From: Candidatus Kuenenbacteria bacterium HGW-Kuenenbacteria-1 | GTDB lineage: Bacteria; Patescibacteriota; Patescibacteriia; UBA2591; PGYQ01 | Length of the DNA: 64,000 bases | Direction of reading: 5' to 3' | Assembly: GCA_002839745.1 (NCBI GenBank) | Contig: PGYQ01000002.1 | Location: 21,515 to 85,514, forward strand | Part shown: positions 30,109 to 38,875 of the stretch, one piece after another | Layout: the number at the start of each line of letters is the position of its first letter | Position numbering within the stretch: the first letter of the stretch is position 1 | The notes under the pieces: model-generated | What the model saw: the letters and a program-made list of their open reading frames with translations, nothing else | Databases searched by the model: none | Told to the model about the DNA's origin: nothing | Made by a program: the position numbers and the translations under genes

Positions 30109-31836
30109 ATGAATTTACAAAGGAAAAATTTAAAAAAATTCAATAGAATTACCTTTTTAATGGTAATTTTTTTTATTTTTGCTGGATTAATTATTATTCG
30201 TTTATTTATTTTACAAATTTTACAACATAATTTTTATAAAGAACTCTCTGCAGATATTCACCAAATTTATCAAGAAACCTATCCAAAAAGAGGAGAAATA
30301 TTAATTCAAAAAAAAACAACAAATGAACTATATCCAATCGCAACTAATCGTGACCTATATTTAATTTACGCTATTCCTAAAAATATAGAAAACCCAGAAG
30401 AAACATTTGAAAAATTATCTTCAATAATTGAAATTAAAAAAGAAAAAGAAAAAATTCTTTTACGTCTTTCTAAAAAAAACGATTTATATGAACCCATTAA
30501 GCATTATTTAAGTGAAGAAGAAATGAAAAAAATTAAAGAATTTAATTTAAAAGGCATTAAATTTACCACCGAAACTGTTCGTTTTTATCCTCATAATAAT
30601 CTTTTTAGCCATATTTTGGGATTTGTGGGTTTTAAAAAAAATGAACAAATTGGACAATATGGAATTGAAGAATATTTTGAAAAACAATTAAAAGGAGAAA
30701 AGGGATTTTTAAAAGCAAAAAAAGGAGCTGAAGGTAGTCTTATTGCTACCTCAGAATCAATAACTCAAAAACCAAAAGACGGAGAATCAATTGTTTTAAC
30801 TTTAGATGAAGCGATTCAATTTACCACTTGCCAAGAATTAAAAAATGGCTTTGAAAAATATAAAGCCGAAAAAGGAACCGCCATTGTTATGGAACCACAA
30901 ACAGGAAAAATTTTAGCTCTATGTAATTTACCGGATTTTGATTCTAATAAATATAATGAAAATAAAGATGTTAATACTTTTAATAATTTAGCTGTTTTTG
31001 ATCAATATGAACCCGGTTCTGTTTTTAAAGCTATCACTATGGCAATTGGATTAGACACAAATAAAATTACACCTGAAACAACTTATATAGATACCGGACA
31101 AGTAAAAATTGGGGGGTACACTATTAAAAATTATAACGATAAAACATATGGAAAACAAACAATGACTGGAATTTTAGAAAAATCTCTTAATACAGGAGCT
31201 ATTTTTGTTGCTCATAAAATAGAAAATAATATATTTAAAAAATATATTGAAGATTTTGGTTTTGGAAAATTAACTGGAATTACTTTGCCCAGCGAAAATT
31301 CTGGAAATATTAATTCATTAAATAAAAAAGGTAAACTTTATACTGCCACGGCTTCTTTTGGACAAGGAATTTCTACTACTCCTATCCAATTAGTCACCGC
31401 TTTTTCAGCTATTGCCAATCAAGGACAATTAATGAAACCTTATCTCGTGGATAAAATTATAAAAAATGACAATGAAGAATTTAAAACAAATCCACAAATA
31501 ATAAAACAAGTTATTTCTCCAAAAACAGCTATACTTTTAAGTGGTATGTTAACTTCTGTGGTAAAAAAAGGATGCGGAAAAAACGCTGGAGTAAAAAATT
31601 ATTATTTAGCTGGCAAAACAGGCACGGCTCAAGTTTCAGCCAAAGACAAAAAAGGTTATTCTAATGAAACAATTCAAACTTTTATTGGCTTCGGGCCAGT
31701 AGATAATCCTCGTTTTGCTATTATAGTTAAATTAGACAAACCACATGCAGTAGATGCTTCGGTTTCTGTGGCTCCTATTTTTAGTAAAATAGCAGAATTT
31801 ATTTTAAATTATTATCAAATCCCACCAGAAAATTAA
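30109..31836 (+). CDS. ftsI: penicillin-binding protein 2/3 family transpeptidase (FtsI-like)
   Basis: SVFK (SxxK), SLN (SxN), KTGTA (KTG) motifs and N-terminal TM. Confidence 0.8.
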   Translation: MNLQRKNLKKFNRITFLMVIFFIFAGLIIIRLFILQILQHNFYKELSADIHQIYQETYPKRGEILIQKKTTNELYPIATNRDLYLIYAIPKNIENPEETFEKLSSIIEIKKEKEKILLRLSKKNDLYEPIKHYLSEEEMKKIKEFNLKGIKFTTETVRFYPHNNLFSHILGFVGFKKNEQIGQYGIEEYFEKQLKGEKGFLKAKKGAEGSLIATSESITQKPKDGESIVLTLDEAIQFTTCQELKNGFEKYKAEKGTAIVMEPQTGKILALCNLPDFDSNKYNENKDVNTFNNLAVFDQYEPGSVFKAITMAIGLDTNKITPETTYIDTGQVKIGGYTIKNYNDKTYGKQTMTGILEKSLNTGAIFVAHKIENNIFKKYIEDFGFGKLTGITLPSENSGNINSLNKKGKLYTATASFGQGISTTPIQLVTAFSAIANQGQLMKPYLVDKIIKNDNEEFKTNPQIIKQVISPKTAILLSGMLTSVVKKGCGKNAGVKNYYLAGKTGTAQVSAKDKKGYSNETIQTFIGFGPVDNPRFAIIVKLDKPHAVDASVSVAPIFSKIAEFILNYYQIPPEN

Positions 31837-31886
31837 CTTTTAGCTTTTAGAAAATTCTAAGAAACTAAAAGCTAGAAAGCTAATTT

Positions 31887-32312
31887 ATGATAGAAATTTA
31901 TAATCAAACCAAACAAAAAATAAATAAAAAAGCGATTGAAAAAATTGTTCAAAAAATTGTTCAAAAAATAAAGTTTAAAGAAAAAATAGAAGTCTCTATT
32001 ATTTTTGTTGGAGAAAAAAAAATTAAACAATTAAATAAACAATATCGAAAAATAAATAAAGCAACAGATGTTTTAAGTTTTGGATTTTGGAAATTAGAAA
32101 AAACACAAACTAATTTTGGAGAAATTTTTATTTATTATCAAAAAATAAAAAAACAAGCAAAAATATTTAAACATAGCATTTCTCAAGAATTGAAAATAAT
32201 TTTAATTCATAGTATATTACATCTATTAGGATATGATCATGAAACAGAAAAAGACTGGGGAAAAATGAGAAAAATGGAAAAGAAAATTTTAATAGTAACA
32301 AGTAATCCGTAA
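31887..32312 (+). CDS. ybeY: rRNA maturation endoribonuclease YbeY
   Basis: HSILHLLGYDH metal-binding motif. Confidence 0.8.
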   Translation: MIEIYNQTKQKINKKAIEKIVQKIVQKIKFKEKIEVSIIFVGEKKIKQLNKQYRKINKATDVLSFGFWKLEKTQTNFGEIFIYYQKIKKQAKIFKHSISQELKIILIHSILHLLGYDHETEKDWGKMRKMEKKILIVTSNP

Positions 32313-32368
32313 TCAGTAACAAGTAAAAATCAAAAAAAATATTTTTCATATTACTGATTACTCATCTT

Positions 32369-32734
32369 ATGGTTTTTTATTTTAAAAAATTTTTAAAAAG
32401 TTTTGAACATTCTTTTAGAGGATTAAAAAATGCATTGATTTGGGAACAAAATCTTAAAATTCAATTATGTGTTTCTTTTATTGTTATTTTTTTAATGTTT
32501 TATTTCCCAACTAGAAATTTAGAAAAAGTCGCTTTAATTTTAGTTATAGCCGCTGTTTTAATTTTAGAATTAATTAATACTATTTTTGAAAGACTTTCTG
32601 ATATTTTAAAACCGCGTATTCATGATTATATAAAAGACATCAAAGATATTATGGCTGCAACAGTTTTAATTGCTTCCATCTGTGCCATAATTATTGGATT
32701 ACTTATTTTAGGACCATACTTTATGAAATTATAA
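32369..32734 (+). CDS. dgkA: diacylglycerol/undecaprenol kinase (DgkA family)
   Basis: 121 aa, three TM helices, conserved ybeY-dgkA neighbourhood. Confidence 0.6.
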   Translation: MVFYFKKFLKSFEHSFRGLKNALIWEQNLKIQLCVSFIVIFLMFYFPTRNLEKVALILVIAAVLILELINTIFERLSDILKPRIHDYIKDIKDIMAATVLIASICAIIIGLLILGPYFMKL

Positions 32735-32856
32735 ATTATAAATTATAAATTAAAGATTTTAAATTAAAGATTTTAAATATTGTGTTTCTTTAAAACAAGA
32801 GTATAATAATTACAAAATCTAAAAATTAATTTTTAAAGCTAACAGCTATTAAATTT

Positions 32857-34095
32857 ATGCAACAAAAAATTATTACAGGAATTGATATTGGCTCATCTAG
32901 TATCCGCATAGTTATTGGACAATTTGATATTAATGAACAAATTCAAATTATCTGCGCTATTGAAGGCCCAAATAATGGAATGAACCGAGGGGTAATCACT
33001 AACATTGAGGATGCTGTTTCTAGTATTTCTTCTGTTTTAGAAAAAACAGAAAGAATAACAGGAACGCCTATTGAACATGCTTTTGTAGGAATTTCTGGCA
33101 GTCATATAATCTCTCAGCCTAGTCATGGAGTCGTGGCAATTGCTAAAGCCAATGGAGAAGTTGAGGAAAATGATATAGAAAGAGTAATTAATGCTGCTCA
33201 AACAGTAATTACTCCACCGAATTATGAAATTTTACATATTATCCCTCAAACTTTTACCATTGATCGCCAAACTGGAATTAAAGATCCTATTGGAATGAGT
33301 GGTATAAGATTAGAAGTTGACGCGCAAATTATTGAAGGACTTAGTTCACCAATTAAAAATTTAACCAAATGCATAAATAGAACTGGCATTAATGTTAATG
33401 ATTTGGTTTTTTCTATTTTAGCTACCAGCGAAGCCGTATTAAATAAAAGACAAAAAGAATTGGGTGTGGCTGTAATAAATTTAGGCGGAGCAACCACTAG
33501 TTTTATTATTTTTGAAGAAGGAGATTTAATTACTTGTGGAGTTTTACCAATAGGTAGCGATCATATTACCTCTGATATTGCTATTGGATTAAGAATATCA
33601 ATTGATCTTGCGGAAAAAATTAAATTAACTTATGGCACTGCCTTGCCAGATCAATTTAAAAAAGAAGAAAAAATTAATTTAAACGAATTTGATGATAATG
33701 AAAAAGAAGCAGTTTCAAAAAAATATATTGCCAATATTATTGAAGCAAGAGTAGAAGAAATTTTTAGAATGATTAATGCAGAATTTAAAAAAATTAATAG
33801 AGATGGAAAATTACCAGCAGGAGTTATTTTAACTGGAGGTGGAGCAAAATTACCAGGAATAGTTGAATTAGCAAAAAAAGAATTTCGTTTACCAGCATCT
33901 ATAGATACTTCACAAGAAAATATTTTTACTTCTGTAGATAAAATTAATGATCCAGAATTTTCTACTGCCTTGGGTTTGGTTTTATGGGGAAGCCAAGCCC
34001 AACAAAAACATAATAAATTTTCTTTTTCAAATCTTTTAAATATTAAACAAATGGTTTCTAGCATTAAAAAATGGATTAAATCTTTTGGAAATTAA
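32857..34095 (+). CDS. ftsA: cell division protein FtsA
   Basis: Actin-like ATPase motifs (GIDIGSSSIR ... GGGA); 412 aa. Confidence 0.85.
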   Translation: MQQKIITGIDIGSSSIRIVIGQFDINEQIQIICAIEGPNNGMNRGVITNIEDAVSSISSVLEKTERITGTPIEHAFVGISGSHIISQPSHGVVAIAKANGEVEENDIERVINAAQTVITPPNYEILHIIPQTFTIDRQTGIKDPIGMSGIRLEVDAQIIEGLSSPIKNLTKCINRTGINVNDLVFSILATSEAVLNKRQKELGVAVINLGGATTSFIIFEEGDLITCGVLPIGSDHITSDIAIGLRISIDLAEKIKLTYGTALPDQFKKEEKINLNEFDDNEKEAVSKKYIANIIEARVEEIFRMINAEFKKINRDGKLPAGVILTGGGAKLPGIVELAKKEFRLPASIDTSQENIFTSVDKINDPEFSTALGLVLWGSQAQQKHNKFSFSNLLNIKQMVSSIKKWIKSFGN

Positions 34096-34271
34096 TATTA
34101 TGACAAAACAAAATAAACACGAAAACACGAAAACATAAGAAATTTTAAATTATAAATTTTGGAAGATTGTTTAAATGCAGAAATCGAACCTTGGGAAATC
34201 CCGTAGGCCGATTCTATGTAATCGCCCACAGGGCGAAAACGTGGTTTCGCCCCTACGAAACGCAAATTGTT

Positions 34272-35149
34272 ATGCAATACAATTCCGAAATCCATCATCG
34301 TCGATCAATTAGATTAAAAGAATATGATTATTCGCAAAATGGCGTATATTTCATCACAATTTGTACGCAAAATCATGAATGTTTGTTTGGAAAAATTGAA
34401 AATGAAAAAATGATTTTAAATGAATACGGCAAAATTGTAAAAAAAGATTGGTTGGAAATCCCAAATCATTTTCCAAATATAATATTAGACAAATTTATTG
34501 TAATGCCCAACCATATTCACGGAATAATAATTATTGACGCATCCGTAGGGGCGTACCCTTGCGGTCGCCCTGTAATTAGGGCAGGGGCAAGCCCCACGGT
34601 TGGGCTGTTCTAAAATAATGACATCATAAAGTTTACATTATTTGTACATTTTTCAATTGTTTCTTGTATTTTGTTTAAATTATTTTTTCTGAAAATATTA
34701 ATTACTAAATTTCTGATTAAAGAATAATTTGCAGAAGCATTTCCTCACGGTTAGGGAAATTAATTAAGCCCCCTTGATAAAGGGGGTTGGGGGATTTCAT
34801 AAGAAAGAAACCCTCTAAATCCCCCTTATCAGGGGACAAAGAGAGAAGCAAACCTCTTAAAAGCCCCCTTGATAAAGGGGGTTGGGGGATTTCAGAAATT
34901 AAGAAACCCTCTAAATCTCCCTTATCAGGGAGACTTTATGGAAGAAGGATTTTCAAAATTATAAATCATTAGTTGCAAATAGGTGTTTAAATATTTATAA
35001 ATCAAAAAATAAATATATGGGGAAATTATAGCAACGGAATTATTTTGAACATATTATTCGTGATGAAAAATCATTAAATAAAATTCACGAATATATTTTT
35101 AACAATTTTTTGAAATGGGAATTTGACAGAAATAATCCAAAAAATTTAT
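34272..35149 (+). pseudogene. REP-associated tyrosine transposase (RAYT, IS200/Y1 family) split by a MITE insertion. N part is about 34272-34592, C part about 35028-35149.
   Basis: N part has HHRRSIRLKEYDYSQNGVYFITICT and the HuH motif (HIHGII). C part reads QRNYFEHIIRDEKSLNKIHEYIFNN, the catalytic-Tyr motif. The two parts are separated by a repeat element that has a near-identical second copy at 58479-58781. Confidence 0.65.
34593..35027. mobile_element. MITE-like element copy A (one clean terminal inverted repeat (TIR), internal 86-bp tandem duplication, degenerate distal end) inserted in the RAYT gene
   Basis: TIR CCACGGTTGGGCTGTTCTA lies at 34593-34611. The body is near-identical to the reverse complement of 58479-58781. 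Internal GC hairpin modules are CCCCCTTGATAAAGGGGG and CCCCTTATCAGGGG. The hairpin unit is duplicated at about 34768-34853 and 34863-34945. Confidence 0.65.
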
Positions 35150-35154
35150 AATTA

Positions 35155-35290
35155 AATTCCGTAGGGGCGTACCATGAATTAGGTTTTAGGTTTTAGAGGT
35201 TAGGGATTTGTAGGGGCGTACCCTTGCGTACGCCCAAGAAATAAAAAACAAATAAAATTATGTAGGGGGCGTATTACAATACGCCCATAC
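35155..35290. repeat. cluster of GTAG-initiated GC-rich REP-like palindromes
   Basis: CCGTAGGGGCGTACC; GTAGGGGCGTAC-CCTTGC-GTACGCCC (perfect hairpin); GGGCGTATT-ACA-ATACGCCC. Related hairpins occur at 34183-34240, 34536-34552 and 36047-36066. Confidence 0.7.
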
Positions 35291-35302
35291 GAAATACAAT
35301 TT

Positions 35303-35617
35303 ATGACAAAACAAAAACTTCAAAAAAATTTAAAACAAATTATCAAAGATCTCGAACCATATAAATCAGAAAAAATAATTCTTTATGGTTCTTGTGCTAA
35401 AGGTGATTTTAAAAAAAATAGTGATATTGATTTATTTATTATCAAAAAAACAAAAAAAAATTTTTTCGACAGACTTGACGATGTAAATAAATTAATTAAT
35501 CATAAAACGCCAATAGATATTCTTGTTTTTACTCCTAAAGAAATAAAAAAACGCCTTGCTTTAGAAGATTTCTTTTTTAAAGAAATAATTCAAAAAGGAA
35601 AAATTATTTATGAATAA
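35303..35617 (+). CDS. minimal nucleotidyltransferase (MNT), antitoxin of an MNT/HEPN pair
   Basis: GSCAKGDFKKNSDIDLFII nucleotidyltransferase motif; 104 aa; overlaps the downstream HEPN gene by 8 nt. Confidence 0.75.
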   Translation: MTKQKLQKNLKQIIKDLEPYKSEKIILYGSCAKGDFKKNSDIDLFIIKKTKKNFFDRLDDVNKLINHKTPIDILVFTPKEIKKRLALEDFFFKEIIQKGKIIYE

Positions 35618-36005
35618 TAAAAATTTAATTAAGGCAAAAGAATGGTTTAAAATTGCTGATAATGATTTTGGGTTTGCTAAATCCAGCTTTGAAGATAAGG
35701 ATGAATATTATGCTCAAATATGTTTTTTGTTTCATCAAGCTATTGAGAAATATTTAAAAGGCTACTTAATTGCTAAAGGAAAAATTCCTCAAAAAACTCA
35801 TGATTTAGCTTTTTTAATAGAAGAATGTAAAAAAATTAATTTAAAATTTAAAGAATTTGAATTAGAATGTAAAGAAATAAATAAATATTATATACCAAGT
35901 CGTTACCCAGTTCATTGGATAGAAGTAAAAAAAGAAAACACCAAAAAAGCTTTTGAAGCAGCAGAAAATATTACAAAATTCATCAAAGAAAACATTTTAT
36001 ATTAA
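35610..36005 (+). CDS. HEPN-domain protein (toxin of the MNT/HEPN pair)
   Basis: 131 aa, predicted helical, translationally coupled to the MNT gene. Confidence 0.65.
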   Translation: MNNKNLIKAKEWFKIADNDFGFAKSSFEDKDEYYAQICFLFHQAIEKYLKGYLIAKGKIPQKTHDLAFLIEECKKINLKFKEFELECKEINKYYIPSRYPVHWIEVKKENTKKAFEAAENITKFIKENILY

Positions 36006-36070
36006 AACTTTTTATGACAAAACAAAATAAAAAAATAAAATTATGCAAAGGCGTATTGCAATACGCCCCT

Positions 36071-37630
36071 ATGGTAATAATTTTCTGCCAAATATTCGTA
36101 ATGGTTTTTTTATTTTCTTCTTTTTCTGTTTTATCTGTTAAAGCAGAAGGAGGTAATTGTCAATGTAATGGAAATATAACTACTACTATTTTTGCGAAAG
36201 GTACTATGGGATTATTTTTTACAACAGAACAAAAAACAAATTTTGAAAATTTATGTGAAAATTACAAAGGAAATTTCCAAAATTATGATTGTCTTGGAAT
36301 AATAAATGTTCCAATATCCACGATAAAGACTGAAAATAATTGTACTAAAGACTACATTCAAAAAAATGCTACGGAAGACATAAAAGCTAAATTAGGTCTT
36401 AGTGGTAAAGGTAGTACTGCTACTATTACATCATGTCAATGGACTGATAATGTTTCTTCATCGCCTTTACCAACATTTAAGACAACAAATCCAGAAAATG
36501 GTTGTTGTGTAAAAACCTTGTCTAATGGAAGTTTTCAATGTGAATTAGTTAATGCATTAAATTTGTGTCCAAACATTGAAAATCAATCTTTTGAAAAAGG
36601 AAAAATTTGTATAGGAGTTCCTGATTGTTTCAATATCTCAATGATGGAAAAAATAAATACTCAACCAGTAACACCAAGCCCACAATCAGAAGCTCGAATA
36701 GAACAAGAAAAAATTAGAAAAGAAACAATGATAAAAGCAGAAGCAAAAAAATTAGCTAAAATTCCTACTATTTGTTGGCAAAAAAGTGAGTGTATTTCAC
36801 CTAATGTTTTTAAAGAAAATTCATCACCATGCCAGTCTCCATATGGAAAATGTTATATGACTCCAAAAGGATCTACTTTACAAGTAGAAATTCCCGGTTA
36901 TGATGAAAAAGGGCAAACAAATATTTCACAATATATTTCTGCAATTTATAAATTTATTATTATTTTAGCGACGATATTGGCGGTAATAATGATTATGATT
37001 GCCGGAGTCAGATGGATGACTGCCATGGGTAATCAAGGTCAATTAGATTCCGCAAAAACAATGATTACAAATTCTTTAATCGGTTTAGTTTTAGCTCTTG
37101 GTTCTTGGTTTATCCTTAATTCAATCAACCCCGCTCTTGTAAAAAATGAAATGAAAGGAATTGCAATGATCCGAACGGAACCGTTGAAGATGCAACAAAG
37201 GGAAGTACCTGATTGGGGAGATATTACTTTTTGTAGAAGAGATTGTGGAAATTATGGAGGACCTCTCGCAACTATTTATTGTGCATGTGGTGAACCTTAT
37301 AAAAATTGTACCGGAGTAACAATAAGAGCAGAAGAATTAAGTGAAAAAATTTGTATTGCTAAGGACAAAAAAGTAATTGGTGTAAAAGAAGTTTCTCTGA
37401 TTAAGATAAGTAATCCTCAAAAATATACAGGGGAAAAAACAATAAAAGCAGTTTCTAAAGATTATAATTGTGGATGGGTGTATATGAAAAATAACGAACT
37501 TTTTTTAGGTAGAAACTGTCATAATGAAAATAAAGATTGCGTAATTTTTTGGGAAGAAGGATTTATAAAAGATGAAGTTCCAATTCGCGACAGCATTATT
37601 GGTAATTACAAGAAATCAGAATGTTATTAA
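36071..37630 (+). CDS. Cys-rich secreted protein with a C-proximal two-TM VirB2/TrbC-like pilin segment. Likely start at 36071, inside the listed ORF 36014-37630.
   Basis: Signal peptide (MVIIFCQIFVMVFLFSSFSVLSVKA). More than 30 Cys. Hydrophobic hairpin ILATILAVIMIMIAGVRWMTAMGNQG...NSLIGLVLALGSWFILNSINPAL. The REP hairpin GGCGTATTGCAATACGCC sits in the 5' part of the longer ORF. Confidence 0.4.
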   Translation: MVIIFCQIFVMVFLFSSFSVLSVKAEGGNCQCNGNITTTIFAKGTMGLFFTTEQKTNFENLCENYKGNFQNYDCLGIINVPISTIKTENNCTKDYIQKNATEDIKAKLGLSGKGSTATITSCQWTDNVSSSPLPTFKTTNPENGCCVKTLSNGSFQCELVNALNLCPNIENQSFEKGKICIGVPDCFNISMMEKINTQPVTPSPQSEARIEQEKIRKETMIKAEAKKLAKIPTICWQKSECISPNVFKENSSPCQSPYGKCYMTPKGSTLQVEIPGYDEKGQTNISQYISAIYKFIIILATILAVIMIMIAGVRWMTAMGNQGQLDSAKTMITNSLIGLVLALGSWFILNSINPALVKNEMKGIAMIRTEPLKMQQREVPDWGDITFCRRDCGNYGGPLATIYCACGEPYKNCTGVTIRAEELSEKICIAKDKKVIGVKEVSLIKISNPQKYTGEKTIKAVSKDYNCGWVYMKNNELFLGRNCHNENKDCVIFWEEGFIKDEVPIRDSIIGNYKKSECY

Positions 37631-37798
37631 AAAACAAATACTTGTTCTCTTCCTATTATCTCATCTTTATTCTCTCTTTCACTCCACTGTGTTAACACAA
37701 TATAAATTATAAATTTTAAATTATAACTTTAAACCTTTAAAATGATCAGGTTTTTAAAAATACCAAAATTAATAAAATAAAATAGAATTTTTATACTC

Positions 37799-38860
37799 TT
37801 AATTAATAATCTGCTGTTTTTTATCCTCTTCTTTTTTTAATTCAAAAAAATCTTTTATCAAAATAAATAAAGTGGTAGCAATAGGAATGGCTAATAACAT
37901 TCCAATAGGACCATATAATTTCCCGCCAATTAAAACAACAATAATAACCAATACTGGGTTTAATCCCACAATTTTACCCATTATTTTAGGAACCAGGATA
38001 TGATTTTCTAATTGTTGAATAATAAAATACAAAGCAATTACCAATAAAGCTGTAACAGGAGATTGAGTAAAAGCTAAAAATATAGCAGGAATAGCTCCTA
38101 TGATAGGACCGAAATATGGGATACATTCACTAATTCCAGCAATTAAAGCTAATAATAAGGCATATTTAACACCCAAAATTAAAAGCCCAATATAGCTAAA
38201 AAGACCTATTGATAAACATAAAATTAATTGCCCGCGCGACCAAAGACTTATTTTATTTTGCACTTGAGAAAAAAGCTGCAAAGTATAAGATTGAAATTTG
38301 TCAGGCACAATGGATTGAATAATTTTTTTCATTGCTTTTACTTCAAGCAATAAATAAAAAATCATAATTAAAACAAAAATAAAAGTAACTAAACCTCCAA
38401 AAATATCTATAACTCTGAAAAATATATTTTGTCCTATTTGAACTATGTTTTTATTTAAATCCTGAGATAAAAATTCTTTAGAAGTTGAAGTAAAGTTATC
38501 TATATTAGAATATTGTTGAACAATAGCAAACATTTCTGCTACTTTCCCTTTCCATTGAGGAAAATTTTCTACTGCTTGATTAATTTGATCAAATATTACT
38601 GGAACAATTAAAACAATAATAAAAAATATAACACAAAATATTACAAGATAAATAACAGAAATTGATATAATTCGCGGAATTTTTTTTCTTTGAAAATAAT
38701 TAACTAACGGATTAAGAGCTGCTGCCAAAATAATAGAAACAACGACAACAAGTATTACATCGCGAATTAAATACAAAAATCCAAAAATTAAAAAAATTCC
38801 AATTACCTTAATAATTGTCAAAGAGGAAATATTAATTGTAAGCTGATTTTTTTCTTGCAT
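37799..38860 (-). CDS. AI-2E family transporter (PerM/TqsA-like)
   Basis: 353 aa with about 8 TM helices and an AI-2E-like profile. Confidence 0.65.
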   Translation of the reverse strand: MQEKNQLTINISSLTIIKVIGIFLIFGFLYLIRDVILVVVVSIILAAALNPLVNYFQRKKIPRIISISVIYLVIFCVIFFIIVLIVPVIFDQINQAVENFPQWKGKVAEMFAIVQQYSNIDNFTSTSKEFLSQDLNKNIVQIGQNIFFRVIDIFGGLVTFIFVLIMIFYLLLEVKAMKKIIQSIVPDKFQSYTLQLFSQVQNKISLWSRGQLILCLSIGLFSYIGLLILGVKYALLLALIAGISECIPYFGPIIGAIPAIFLAFTQSPVTALLVIALYFIIQQLENHILVPKIMGKIVGLNPVLVIIVVLIGGKLYGPIGMLLAIPIATTLFILIKDFFELKKEEDKKQQIIN

Positions 38861-38875
38861 AAATATAAATAAAAA

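Noticed and set aside
34787-34972. 61-aa ORF with repeated KPSKSPLSG
   Set aside because: It is the translation of the duplicated hairpin module inside MITE copy A, not a gene
36014-36070. Start of ORF 36014 (MTKQNKKIKLCKGVLQYAP)
   Set aside because: This stretch is a REP palindrome (GGCGTATTGCAATACGCC) plus the recurring TTATGACAAAACAAAA unit. A signal peptide begins at the internal Met at 36071
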